Source: Antedon mediterranea (Eukaryota; Animalia; Echinodermata). From it: a stretch of 64,000 nt of DNA. The stretch covers positions 12,758,771 to 12,822,770 of the forward strand of contig NC_092676.1 in NCBI RefSeq assembly GCF_964355755.1, in the 5' to 3' direction. The notes below the pieces were generated by a model. It ran no database searches, was not told where the DNA came from, and saw only the letters and a list, made by a program, of their open reading frames with translations. Positions within the stretch are counted from its first letter, which is position 1. Every line of letters begins with the position of its first letter. The translations under genes were made by a program, and so were the position numbers. This document shows, piece by piece, positions 24,501-39,565 of the stretch.

Positions 24501-27500
24501 CGTTTTAGAGCATTTTTAGCATTTCGATAATACTTTTCACACAAAACATCAAAGTGTACAAAATAGCTTCAAATCGCATTTGGAGACGTTTTAGACCATT
24601 TTGTGCATTTCGATGAAACTTGGTTACACAAAAACATCAAAGTGCTTAAAATCACATTTGAAACCGTTTTAGACCATTTTGAGCATTTCGATAAAACTTT
24701 TCACACAAAAAAATCAAAGTGCACAAAATAGCTTCAAATCGCATTTGGGGACGTTTTAGACTATTTTGTGCATTTCGAAAAAAATTGTTAACATAAAAAG
24801 ACCAAAGTGTTTAGAATATCTCCAAATCGCATTTGGAGACGTTTTAAACCATTTTGTGCATTTCGATGGAACTTGGTTACACAAAAACATCAAAGTGCTT
24901 AAAATCACATTTAAAACCGTTTTAGAGCATTTTTAGCATTTCGATAAAACTTTTCACACAAAAACATCAAAGTGTACAAAATAGCTTCAAATCGCATTTA
25001 GAGAGGTTTTAGACAATTTTGTGCATTTCGATAAAACTTTTCACACAAAAACATCAAAGTGTACAAAATAGCTTCAAATTGCATTTAGAGACGTTTTAGA
25101 CCATTTTGTGCATTTCGATAAAACTTTTCACACAAAAACATAAAATTGCACAAAATCGTTTTAAACCATTTTAAATCGTTTTAAACCATTTTGAGCATGT
25201 CGATAAAACTTTTCACAAAAAACATCAAAGTGCACAGAATAGCTTCAAATTGCATTTGGAGACGTTTTAGAGCATTTTGTGCATTTCGATAAAATGTGTT
25301 AACATAAAAAGACCAAAGTGTTTAGAATATCTTCAAATCACATTTGGAGACGTTTTAGACCATTTTTTGCATTTCGATGAAACTTGGTTACACAAAAACA
25401 TCAAAGTGCTTAAAATCACATTTGAAACCGTTTTAGAGCATTTTGAGCATTTCGATAAAACTTTTCACACAAAAACATCAAAGTGTACAAAATAGCTTCA
25501 AATCGCATTTAGAGACATTTTAGACCATTTTGTGCATTTTGATAAAACTTTTCACACAAAAACATCAAATTGCACAAAATAGCTTAATATTGTGTTTGAA
25601 AACGTTTTAAACCATTTTGAGCATGTCGATAAAACTTTTCACACAAAAATATCAAAGTGCCCAGAATATCTTCAAATCGCATTTAGAGACGTTTTAGACC
25701 ATTTTGTGCATTTCGAAAAAATTTGTTAACATAAAAAGACCAAAGTGTTTAGAATATCTCCAAATCGCATTTGGAGACGTTTTAGACCATTTTGTGTTTT
25801 TCGAAAAAACTTTTCACACAAAAACATCAAAGTGTACAAAATTGCTTCAAATCGCATTTAGAGAGGTTTTAGACCATTTTGTGCATTTCGATAAAACTTT
25901 TCACACAAAAACATCAAAGTGCACAGAATATCTTAATACCGTGTCTGAAATCGTTTTAAACCATTTTGAGCATGTCGATAAAACTTTTCACACAAAAACA
26001 TCAAAGTGCTTAAAATCACATTTAAAACCGTTTTAGTGCATTTTGAGCATTTCGATAAAACTTTTCACACAAAAACATCAAAGTGTACAAAATAGCTTCA
26101 AATCGCATTTAGAGAGGTTTTAGACAATTTTGTGCATTTCGATAAAACTTTTCACACAAAAACATCAAAGTGTACAAAATAGCTTCAAATTGCATTTAGA
26201 GACGTTTTAGACCATTTTGTGCATTTCGATAAAACTTTTCACACAAAAACATCAAATTGCACAAAATCGTTTTAAACCATTTTAAATCGTTTTAAACCAT
26301 TTTGAGCATTTCGATAAAACTTTTCACAAAAAACATCAAAGTGCACAGAATAGCTTCAAATTGCATTTGGAGACGTTTTAGAGCATTTTGTGCATTTCGA
26401 TAAAATGTGTTAACAGAAAAAGACCAAAGTGTTTAGAATATCTTCAAATCACATTTGGAGACGTTTTAGACCATTTTTTGCATTTCGATGAAACTTGGTT
26501 ACACAAAAACATCAAAGTGCTTAAAATCACATTTGAAACCGTTTTAGAGCATTTTGAGCATTTCGATAAAACTTTTCACACAAAAACATCAAAGTGTACA
26601 AAATAGCTTCAAATCGCATTTAGAGACGTTTTAGACCATTTTGTGCATTTCGAAAAAATTTGTTAACATAAAAAGACCAAAGTGTTTAGAATATCTCCAA
26701 ATCGCATTTGGAGACGTTTTAGACCATTTTGTGCATTTCGATGAAACTTGGTTACACAAAAACATCAAAGTGCTTAAAATCACATTTGAAACCGTTTTAG
26801 AGCATTTTTAGCATTTCGATAATACTTTTCACACAAAAACATCAAAGTGTACAAAATAGCTTCAAATCGCATTTGGAGACGTTTTAGACCATTTTGTGCA
26901 TTTCGATGAAACTTGGTTACACAAAAACATCAAAGTGCTTAAAATCACATTTGAAACCGTTTTAGACCATTTTGAGCATTTCGATAAAACTTTTCACACA
27001 AAAAAATCAAAGTGCACAAATAGCTTCAAATCGCATTTGGAGACGTTTTAGACTATTTTGTGCATTTTGAAAAAATTTGTTAACATAAAAAGACCAAAGT
27101 GTTTAGAATATCTCCAAATCGCATTTGGAGACGTTTTAAACCATTTTGTGCATTTCGATGGAACTTGGTTACACAAAAACATCAAAGTGCTTAAAATCAC
27201 ATTTAAAACCGTTTTAGAGCATTTTGAGCATTTCGATAAAACTTTTCACACAAAAACATCAAAGTGTACAAAATAGCTTCAAATCGCATTTAGAGACGTT
27301 TTAGACCATTTTGTGCATTTCGATAAAACTTTTCACACAAAAACATCAAATTGCACAAATAGCTTAATACCGTGTTTGAAATCGTTTTAAACCATTTTGA
27401 GCATGTCGATAAAACTTTTCACAAAAAAACATCAAAGTGCACAGAATAGCTTAAAATCGCATTTGGAGACGTTTTAAACCATTTTGTGCATTTCGATAAA

Positions 27501-28049
27501 ACTTTTCACATAAAAACAACAAAGTGTACAAAATAGCTTCAAATCGCATTTGGAGACGTTTTAGACCATTTTGTGCATTTCGATGAAACTCATCAAAGTG
27601 CTTAAAATCACATTTGAAATCGTTTTAGAGCATTTTGAGCATTTCGATAAAACTTTTCACACAAAAACATCAAAGTGTACAAAATAGCTTCAAATCACAT
27701 TTGAAACCGTTTTAGACCATATTGAGCATTTCGATAAAACTTTTCACACAAAAACATCAAAGTGTACAAAATAGCTTCAAATCGCATTTGGAGACGTTTT
27801 AGACCATTTTGTGTATTTCGATGAAACTTGGTTTCACAAAAACATCAAAGTGCTTAAAATCACATTTGAAAGCGTTTTAGAGCATTTTTAGCATTTCGAT
27901 AATACTTTTCACACAAAAACATCAAAGTGTACAAAATAGCTTCAAATCGCATTTGGAGACGTTTTAGACCATTTTGTGCATTTCGATGAAACTTGGTTAC
28001 ACAAAAACATCAAAGTGCTTAAAATCACATTTAAAACAGTTTTAGAGCA

Positions 28050-31000
28050 TTTCGATAAAACTTTTCACACAAAAACATCAAAGTGTACAAAATAGCTTCA
28101 AATCGCATTTGGAGACGTTTTAGACCATTTTGTGCATTTCGATGAAACTTGGTTACACAAAAACATCAAAGTGCTTAAAATCACATTTGAAACCGTTTTA
28201 GAGCATTTTTAGCATTTCGATAATACTTTTCACACAAAAACATCAAAGTGTACAAAATAGCTTCAAATCGCATTTGGAGACGTTTTAGACCATTTTGTGC
28301 ATTTCGATGAAACTTGGTTACACAAAAACATCAAAGTGCTTAAAATCACATTTGAAATCGTTTTAGACCATTTTGAGCATTTCGATAAAACTTTTCACAC
28401 AAAAAAATCAAAGTGCACAAAATAGCTTCAAATCGCATTTGGAGACGTTTTAGACTATTTTGTGCATTTCGAAAAAATTTGTTAACATAAAAAGACCAAA
28501 GTGTTTAGAATATCTCCAAATCGCATTTGGAGACGTTTTAAATCATTTTGTGCATTTCGATGGAACTTGGTTACACAAAAACATCAAAGTGCTTAAAATC
28601 ACATTTAAAACCGTTTTAGAGCATTTTGAGCATTTCGATAAAACTTTTCACACAAAAACATCAAAGTGTACAAAATAGCTTCAAATCGCATTTAGAGAGG
28701 TTTTAGACCATTTTGTGCATTTCGATAAAACTTTACACACAAAAACATCAAAGTGTACAAAAAAGCTTCAAATCGCATTTAGAGACGTTTTAGACCATTT
28801 TGTGCATTTCGATAAAACTTTTCACACAAAAACATAAAATTGCACAAAATAGCTTAATATCGTGTTTGAAAACGTTTTAAACCATTTTGAGCATGTCGAT
28901 AAAACTTTTCACACAAAAATATCAAAGTGCACAGAATATCTTCAAATCGCATTTAGAGACGTTTTAGACCATTTTGTGCATTTCGAAAAAATTTGTTAAC
29001 ATAAAAAGACCAAAGTGTTTAGAATATCTCCAAATCGCATTTGGAGACGTTTTAGACCATTTTGTGCATTTCGATGAAACTTGGTTACATAAAAACATCA
29101 AAGTGCTTAAAATCACATTTAAAACCGTTTTAGAGCGTTTTGAGCATTTCGATAAACTTTTCACACAAAAACATCAAAGTGCACAAAATAGCTTCAAATC
29201 GCATTTAGAGATGTTTTAGACAATTTTGTGCATTTCGAAAAAACTTTTCACACAAAAACATCAAATTGCACACAATAGCTTAATACCGTGTTTGAAATCG
29301 TTTTAAACCATTTTGAGCATGTCGATAAAACTTTTCACACAAAAACATCAAAGTGCACAGAATATCTTCAAATCGCATATAGAGACGTTTTAGACCATTT
29401 TGTGCATTTCGAAAAAATTTGTTAACATTAAAAGACCAATGTGTTTAGAATATCTCCAAATCGCATTTGGAGACGTTTTAGACCATTTTGTGCATTTCGA
29501 TGAAACTTGGTTACACAAAAACATCAAAGTGCTTAAAATCACATTTGAAACCGTTTTAGAGCATTTTGAGCATTTCGATAAAACTTTTCACACAAAAACA
29601 TCAAAGTGTACAAAATAGCTTCAAATCACATTTGAAACCGTTTTAGACCATTTTGAGCATTTCGATAAAACTTTTCACACAAAAACATCAAAGTGTACAA
29701 AATGGCTTCAAATCGCATTTGGAGACGTTTTAGAGCATTTTGAGCATTTCGATCAAACTTTTCACACAAAAACATCAAAGTGTACAAAATAACTTCAAAT
29801 CGCATTTAGAGACGTTTTAGACCATTTTGTGCATTTTGGTAAAACTTTTCACACAAAAACATCAAATTGCACAAAATAGCTTAATATCGTGTTTGAAAAC
29901 GTTTTAAACCATTTTGAGCATGTCGATAAAACTTTTCACATAAAAATATCAAAGTGCACAGAATAGCTTCAAATCGCATTTGGAGACGTTTTAGACCATT
30001 TTGTGCATTTTGGTAAAACTTTTCACACAAAAACATCAAATTGCACAAAATAGCTTAATATCGTGTTTGAAAACGTTTTAAACCATTTTGAGCATGTCGA
30101 TAAAACTTTTCACTCAAAAATATCAAAGTGCACAGAATATCTTCAAATCGCATTTAGAGACGTTTTAGACCATTTTGTGCATTTTGAAAAAATTTGTTAA
30201 CATAAAAAGACCAAAGTGTTTAGAATATCTCCAAATCGCATTTGGAGACGTTTTAGACCATTTTGTGTTTTTCGAAAAAACTTTTCACACAAAAACATCA
30301 AAGTGTACAAAATTGCTTCAAATCGCATTTGGAGACGTTTTAGACCATTTTGTGCATTTTGGTAAAACTTTTCACACAAAAACATCAAAATTCACAAAAT
30401 AGCTTAATATCGTGTTTGAAAACGTTTTAAACCATTTTGAGCATGTCGATAAAACTTTTCACTCAAAAATATCAAAGTGCACAGAATATCTTCAAATCGC
30501 ATTTAGAGACGTTTTAGACCATTTTGTGCATTTCGAAAAAAATTGTTAACATAAAAAGACCAAAGTGTTTAGAATATCTCCAAATCGCATTTGGAGACGT
30601 TTTAGACCATTTTGCGCATTTCGATGAAACTTGGTTACACAAAAACATCAAAGTGCTTAAAATCACATTTAAAACCGTTTTAGAGCGTTTTGAGCATTTC
30701 GATAAACTTTTCAAACAAAAACATCAAAGTGTACAAAATAGCTTCAAATCGTATTTGGAGACGTTTTAGACCATTTTGTGCGTTTCGATGAATCTTGGTT
30801 ACACAAAAACATCAAAGTGCTTAAAATCACATTTAAAACCGTTTTAGTGCATTTTGAGCATTTCGATAAAACTTTTCACACAAAAACATCAAAGTGCACA
30901 AAATAGCTTCAAATCGCATTTAGAGATGTTTTAGACCATTTTGTGCGTTTCGATAAAACTTTTCACACAAAAACATCAAATTGCACAAAATAGCTTAATA

Positions 31001-34000
31001 TCGTGTTTGAAAACGTTTTAGACCATTTTGAGCATGTCGATAAAACTTTTCACACAAAAACATAAAAGTGCACAAAATAGCTTCAAATCGCATTTAGAGA
31101 TGTTTTAGACCATTTTGTGCATTTCGATAAAACTTTTCACACAAAAACATCAAATTGCACAAAATAGCTTAATACCGTGTTTGAAATCGTTTTAAACCAT
31201 TTTGAGCATGTCGATAAAACTTTTCACAAAAAAACATCAAAGTGCACAGAATAGCTTCAAATCGCATTTGGAGACGTTTTAAACCATTTTGTGCATTTCG
31301 ATAAAACTTTTCACATAAAAACATCAAAGTGTCCAAAATAGCTTCAAATCGCATTTAGAGACGTTTTAGACCATTTTGGGCATTTATAAAAGTGCTTAAA
31401 ATCACATTTCAAACCGTTTTAGAGCATTTTGAGCATTTCGATAAAACTTTTCACACAAAAACATCAAAGTGCACAAAATAGCTTCAAATCGCATTTAGAG
31501 ATGTTTTAGACCATTTTGTGCAATTCGATAAAACTTTTCACACAAAAACATCAAAGTGCACAAAATAGCTTCAAATCGCATTTAGAGATGTTTTAGACCA
31601 TTTTGTGCATTTCGATAAAACTTTTCACACAAAAACATAAAAGTGAACAGAATAGCTTCAAATTGCATTTGGAGACGTTTTAGAGCATTTGGTGCATTTC
31701 GATAAAATGTGTTAACATAAAAAGACCAAAGTGTTTAGAATATCTTCAAATCACATTTGGAGACGTTTTAGACCATTTTTGGCATTTCGATGAAACTTGG
31801 TTACACAAAAACATCAAAGTGCTTAAAATCACATTTAAAACCGTTTTAGAGCATTTTGAGCATTTCGATAAAACTTTTCACACAAAAACATCAAAGTGTA
31901 CAAAATAGCTTCAAATCGCATTTAGAGAGGTTTTAGACCATTTTGTGCATTTCGATAAAACTTTTCACACAAAAACATCAAAGTGTACAAAATAACTTCA
32001 AATCGTATTTAGAGACGTTTTAGACCATTTTGTGCATTTTGATAAAACTTTTCACACAAAAACATCAAATTGCACAAAATAGCTTAATATCGTGTTTGAA
32101 AACGTTTTAAACCATTTTGAGCATGTCGATAAAACTTTTCACACAAAAATATCAAAGTGCACAGAATATCTTCAAATCGCATTTAGAGACGTTTTAGACC
32201 ATTTTGTGCATTTCGAAAAAATTTGTTAACATAAAAAGACCAAAGTGTTTAGAATATCTCCAAATCGCATTTGGAGACGTTTTAGACCATTTTGTGTTTT
32301 TCGAAAAACTTTTCACACAAAAACATCAAAGTGTAGAAAATTGCTTCAAATCGCATTTAGAGACGTTTTAGACCATTTTGTGCATTTCGAAAAAACTTTT
32401 TAAAATAAAAACACCAAAGTGCTTAGAATAGCTTCAAATCGCATTTGGAGACGTTTTAGACCATTTTGTGCATTTCGATGAAACTTGGTTACACAAAAAC
32501 ATCAAAGTGCTTAAAATCACATTTGAAACCGTTTTAGAGCATTTTGAGCATTTCGATAAAACTTTTCACACAAAAACATCAAAGTGTACAAAATAGCTTC
32601 AAATCACATTTGAAACCGTTTTAGACTATTTTGAGCATTTCGATAAAACTTTTCACACAAAAACATCAAAGTGTACAAAATAGCTTCAAATCGCATTTGG
32701 AGACGTTTTAGACCATTTTGTGCATTTCGATGAAACTTGGTTACACAAAAACATCAAAGTGCTTAAAATTACATTTGAAAGCGTTTTAGAGCATTTTGAG
32801 CATTTCGATAATACTTTTCACACAAAAACATCAAAGTGTACAAAATAGCTTCAAATCGCATTTGGAGATGTTTTAGACCATTTTGTGCATTTCGATGAAA
32901 CTTGGTTACACAAAAACATCAAAGTGCTTAAAATCACATTTGAAACCGTTTTAGACCATTTTGAGCGTGTCGATAAAACTTTTCACACATAAAAATCAGA
33001 GTGCACTAAATAGCTTCAAATCGCATTTGGAGACGTTTTAGACCATTTTGTGCATATCGATGAAACTTGGTTACACAAAAACATCAAAGTGCTTAAAATC
33101 ACATTTGAAATCGTTTTAGACCATTTTGAGCGTTTCGATAAAACTTTTCACACAAAAAAATCAAAGTGCACAAAATAGCTTCAAATCGCATTTGGAGACG
33201 TTTTAGACTATTTTGTGCATTTCGAAAAAATTTGTTAACATAAAAAGACCAAAGTGTTTAGAATATCTCCAAATCGCATTTGGAGACGTTTTAAACCATT
33301 TTGTGCATTTCGATGGAACTTGGTTACACAAAAACATCAAAGTGCTTAAAATCACATTTAAAACCGTTTTAGAGCATTTTGAGCATTTCGATAAAACTTT
33401 TCACACAAAAACATCAAAGTGTACAAAATAGCTTCAAATCGCATTTAGAGAGGTTTTAGACCATTTTGTGCATTTCGATAAAACTTTTCAAACAAAAACA
33501 TCAAAGTGTACAAAATAGCTTCAAATCGCATTTAGAGACGTTTTAGACCATTTTGTGCATTTCGATAAAACTTTTCACACAAAAACATCAAATTGCACAA
33601 AATAGCTTAATATCGTGTTTAAAACCGTTTTTACCATTTTGAGCATTTCGATAAACTTTTCACACAAAAACATCAAAGTGCACAAAATAGCTTCAAATCG
33701 CATTTAGAGATGTTTTAGAACATTTTGTGCATTTCGATAAAATTTTTCACACAAAAACATCAAATTGCACAAAAAAGCTTAATACCGTGTTTGAAATCGT
33801 TTTAAACCAATTTGAGCATGTCGATAAAACTTTTCACACAAAAACATCAAAGTGCACAGAATATCTTCAAATCGCATTTAGAGACGTTTTAGACCATTTT
33901 GGGCATTTCGATGAAACTTGGTTACACAAATACATAAAAGTGCTTAAAATCACATTTAAAACCGTTTTAGAGCATTTTGAGCATTTCGATAAAACTTTTC

Positions 34001-35480
34001 ACACAAAAACATCAAAGTGTACAAAATAGCTTCAAATCGCATTTAGAGAGGTTTTAGACCATTTTGTGCATTTCGATAAAACTTTTCACACAAAAACATC
34101 AAAGTGTACAAAATAACTTCAAATCGTATTTAGAGACGTTTTAGACCATTTTGTGCATTTTGATAAAACTTTTCACACAAAAACATCAAATTGCACAAAA
34201 TAGCTTAATATCGTGTTTGAAAACGTTTTAAACCATTTTGAGCATGTCGATAAAACTTTTCACACAAAAACATCAAATTGCACAAAATAGCTTAATATCG
34301 TGTTTGAAAACGTTTTAAACCATTTTGAGCATGTCGATAAAACTTTTCACACAAAAATATCAAAGTGCACAGAATATCTTCAAATCGCATTTAGAGACGT
34401 TTTAGACCATTTTGTGCATTTCGAAAAAATTTGTTAACATAAAAAGACCAAAGTGTTTAGAATATCTCCAAATCGCATTTCGAGACGTTTTAGACCATTT
34501 TGTGTTTTTCGAAAAAACTTTTCACACAAAAACATCAAAGTGTACAAAATTGCTTCAAATCGCATTTGGAGACGTTTTAGACCATTTTGTGATTTTCGAA
34601 AAACTTTTCACACAAAAACATCAAAGTGTAGAAAATTGCTTCAAATCGCATTTAGAGACGTTTTAGACCATTTTGTGCATTTCGAAAAAATTTGTTAACA
34701 TAAAAAGACCAAAGTGTTTAGAATATTTCCAAATCGCATTTGGAGACGTTTTAGACCATTTTGTGCATTTCGATGAAACTTGGTTACACAAAAACATCAA
34801 AGTGCTTAAAATCACATTTAAAACCGTTTTAGAGCGTTTTGAGCATTTCGATAAACTTTTCACACAAAAACATCAAAGTGCACAAAATAGCATTTAGAGA
34901 TGTTTTAGACCATTTTGTGCATTTCGATAAAACTTTTCACACAAAAACATCAAATTGCACAAAAAAGCTTAATACCGTGTTTGAAATCGTTTTAAACCAA
35001 TTTGAGCATGTCGATAAAACTTTTCACACAAAAACATCAAAGTGCACAGAATATCTTCAAATCGCATTTAGAGACGTTTTAGACCATTTTGTGCATTTCG
35101 AAAAAATTTGTTAACATAAAAAGACCAAAGTGTTTAGAATATCTCCAAATCGCATTTGGAGACGTTTTAGACCATTTTGTGCATTTCGATGAAACTTGGT
35201 TACACAAAAACATCAAAGTGCTTAAAATCACATTTGAAACCGTTTTAGAGAATTTTGAGCATTTCGATAAAACTTTTCACACAAAAACATCAAAGTGTAC
35301 AAAATAGCTTCAAATCACATTTGAAACCGTTTTAGACCATTTTGAGCATTTCGATAAAACTTTTCACACAAAAACATCAAAGTGTACAAAATAGCTTCAA
35401 ATCGCATTTGGAGACGTTTTAGACCATTTTGTGCATTTCGATGAAACTTGGTTACACAAAAACATCAAAGTGCTTAAAAT
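28050..35480 (+). repeat. ~7.3-kb HOR copy 3
   Basis: Constant offset of 25757 from copy 1 (2703/28460, 4418/30175, 5412/31169, 7456/33213, 9332/35089). Confidence 0.9.
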
Positions 35481-38400
35481 CACATTTGAAATCGTTTTAG
35501 ACCATTTTGAGCATTTCGATAAAACTTTTCACACAAAAAAATCAAAGTGCACAAAATAGCTTCAAATCGCATTTGGAGACGTTTTAGACTATTTTGTGCA
35601 TTTCGAAAAAATTTGTTAACATAAAAAGACCAAAGTGTTTAGAATAGCTTCAAATCGCATTTGGAGACGTTTTAGACCATTTTGTGCATTTCGATGAAAC
35701 TTGGTTACACAAAAACATCAAAGTGCTTAAAATCACATTTGAAACCGTTTTAGAGCATTTTGAGCATTTCGATAAAACTTTTCACACAAAAACATCAAAG
35801 TGTACAAAATAACTTCAAATCGCATTTAGAGACGTTTTAGACCATTTTGTGCATTTTGGTAAAACTTTTCACACAAAAACATCAAATTGCACAAAATAGC
35901 TTAATATCGTGTTTGAAAACGTTTTAAACCATTTTGAGCATGTCGATAAAACTTTTCACATAAAAATATCAAAGTGCACAGAATAGCTTCAAATCGCATT
36001 TGGAGACGTTTTAGACAATTTTGTGCATTTTGGTAAAACTTTTCACACAAAAACATCAAATTGCACAAAATAGCTTAATATCGTGTTTGAAAACGTTTTA
36101 AACCATTTTGAGCATGTCGATAAAACTTTTCACTCAAAAATATCAAAGTGCACAGAATATCTTCAAATCGCATTTAGAGACGTTTTAGACCATTTTGTGC
36201 ATTTTGAAAAAATTTGTTAACATAAAAAGACCAAAGTGTTTAGAATATCTCCAAATCGCATTTGGAGACGTTTTAGACCATTTTGTGTTTTTCGAAAAAA
36301 CTTTTCACACAAAAACATCAAAGTGTACAAAATTGCTTCAAATCGCATTTGGAGACGTTTTAGACCATTTTGTGCATTTTGGTAAAACTTTTCACACAAA
36401 AACATCAAAATTCACAAAATAGCTTAATATCGTGTTTGAAAACGTTTTAAACCATTTTGAGCATGTCGATAAAACTTTTCACTCAAAAATATCAAAGTGC
36501 ACAGAATATCTTCAAATCGCATTTAGAGACGTTTTAGACCATTTTGTGCATTTCGAAAAAAATTGTTAACATAAAAAGACCAAAGTGTTTAGAATATCTC
36601 CAAATCGCATTTGGAGACGTTTTAGACCATTTTGCGCATTTCGATGAAACTTGGTTACACAAAAACATCAAAGTGCTTAAAATCACATTTAAAACCGTTT
36701 TAGAGCGTTTTGAGCATTTCGATAAACTTTTCAAACAAAAACATCAAAGTGTACAAAATAGCTTCAAATCGTATTTGGAGACGTTTTAGACCATTTTGTG
36801 CGTTTCGATGAATCTTGGTTACACAAAAACATCAAAGTGCTTAAAATCACATTTAAAACCGTTTTAGTGCATTTTGAGCATTTCGATAAAACTTTTCACA
36901 CAAAAACATCAAAGTGCACAAAATAGCTTCAAATCGCATTTAGAGATGTTTTAGACCATTTTGTGCGTTTCGATAAAACTTTTCACACAAAAACATCAAA
37001 TTGCACAAAATAGCTTAATATCGTGTTTGAAAACGTTTTAGACCATTTTGAGCATGTCGATAAAACTTTTCACACAAAAACATAAAAGTGCACAAAATAG
37101 CTTCAAATCGCATTTAGAGATGTTTTAGACCATTTTGTGCGTTTCGATAAAACTTTTCACACAAAAACATCAAATTGCACAAAATAGCTTAATATCGTGT
37201 TTGAAAACGTTTTAGACCATTTTGAGCATGTCGATAAAACTTTTCACACAAAAACATAAAAGTGCACAGAATAGCTTCAAATCGCATTTGGAGACGTTTT
37301 AGACCATTTTGTGCATTTCGAAAAAACTTTTTAACATAAAAACACCAAAGTGCTTAGAATAGCTTCAAATCGCATTTGGATACGTTTTAGACCATTTTGT
37401 GCATTTCGATGAAACTTGGTTACACAAAAACATCAAAGTGCTTAAAATCACATTTGAAACCGTTATAGAGCATTTTTAGCATTTCGATAAAACTTTTCAC
37501 ACAAAAACATCAAAGTGTACAAAATAGCTTCAAATCACATTTGAAACCGTTTTAGACCATTTTGAGCATTTCGATAAAACTTTTCACACAAAAACATCAA
37601 AGTGTACAGAATAGCTTCAAATCGCATTTGGAGACGTTTTAGACCATTTTGTGCATTTCGATGAAACTTGGTTACACAAAAACATCAAAGTGCTTAAAAT
37701 CACATTTGAAACCGTTTTAGAGCATTTTTAACATTTCGATAATACTTTTCACACAAAAACATCAAAGTGTACAAAATAGCTTCAAATCACATTTGAAACC
37801 GTTTTAGACCATATTGAGCATTTCGATAAAACTTTTCACACAAAAACATCAAAGTGTACAAAATAGCTTCAAATCGCATTTGGAGACGTTTTAGACCATT
37901 TTGTGCATTTCGATGAAACTTGGTTACACAAAAACATCAAAGTGCTTAAAATCACATTTGAAAGCGTTTTAGAGCATTTTTAGCATTTCGATAATACTTT
38001 TCACACAAAAACATCAAAGTGCACAAAATAGCTTCAAATCGCATTTAGAGATGTTTTAGACCATTTTGTGCATTTCGATAAAACTTTTCACACAAAAACA
38101 TCAAATTGCACAAAATAGCTTAATACCGTGTTTGAAATCATTTTAAACCATTTTGAGCATGTCGATAAAACTTTTCACACAAAAACATCAAAGTGTTTAG
38201 AATATCTCCAAATCGCATTTGGAGACGTTTTAGACCATTTTGTGCATTTCGATGAAACTTGGTTACACAAAAACATCAAAGTGCTTAAAATCACATTTGA
38301 AACCGTTTTAGAGCATTTTGAGCATTTCGATAAAACTTTTCAAACAAAAACATCAAAGTGTACAAAATAGCTTCAAATCACATTTGAAACCGTTTTAGAC

Positions 38401-39565
38401 CATTTTGAGCATTTCGATAAAACTTTTCACACAAAAACATCAAAGTGTACAAAATAGCTTCAAATCGCATTTGGAGACGTTTTAGACCATTTTGTGCATT
38501 TCGATGAAACTTGGTTACACAAAAACATCAAAGTGCTTAAAATCACATTTGAAACCGTTTTAGAGCATTTTTAGCATTTCGATAATACTTTTCACACAAA
38601 ACATCAAAGTGTACAAAATAGCTTCAAATCGCATTTGGAGACGTTTTAGACCATTTTGTGCATTTCGATGAAACTTGGTTACACAAAAACATCAAAGTGC
38701 TTAAAATCACATTTGAAACCGTTTTAGACCATTTTGAGCATTTCGATAAAACTTTTCACACAAAAAAATCAAAGTGCACAAAATAGCTTCAAATCGCATT
38801 TGGGGACGTTTTAGACTATTTTGTGCATTTCGAAAAAAATTGTTAACATAAAAAGACCAAAGTGTTTAGAATATCTCCAAATCGCATTTGGAGACGTTTT
38901 AAACCATTTTGTGCATTTCGATGGAACTTGGTTACACAAAAACATCAAAGTGCTTAAAATCACATTTAAAACCGTTTTAGAGCATTTTTAGCATTTCGAT
39001 AAAACTTTTCACACAAAAACATCAAAGTGTACAAAATAGCTTCAAATCGCATTTAGAGAGGTTTTAGACAATTTTGTGCATTTCGATAAAACTTTTCACA
39101 CAAAAACATCAAAGTGTACAAAATAGCTTCAAATTGCATTTAGAGACGTTTTAGACCATTTTGTGCATTTCGATAAAACTTTTCACACAAAAACATAAAA
39201 TTGCACAAAATCGTTTTAAACCATTTTAAATCGTTTTAAACCATTTTGAGCATGTCGATAAAACTTTTCACAAAAAACATCAAAGTGCACAGAATAGCTT
39301 CAAATTGCATTTGGAGACGTTTTAGAGCATTTTGTGCATTTCGATAAAATGTGTTAACATAAAAAGACCAAAGTGTTTAGAATATCTTCAAATCACATTT
39401 GGAGACGTTTTAGACCATTTTTTGCATTTCGATGAAACTTGGTTACACAAAAACATCAAAGTGCTTAAAATCACATTTGAAACCTTTTTAGAGCATTTTG
39501 AGCATTTCGATAAAACTTTTCACACAAAAACATCAAAGTGTACAAAATAGCTTCAAATCGCATTT
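34730..39565 (+). repeat. Copy of ~20680-25510 at +14055
   Basis: 21034/35089, 22140/36195, 22489/36544, 24073/38128 and 25277/39332 all differ by 14055. Shared rare marks include GGATACG, CCGTTATAG and TTTTTAACAT. Confidence 0.88.
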
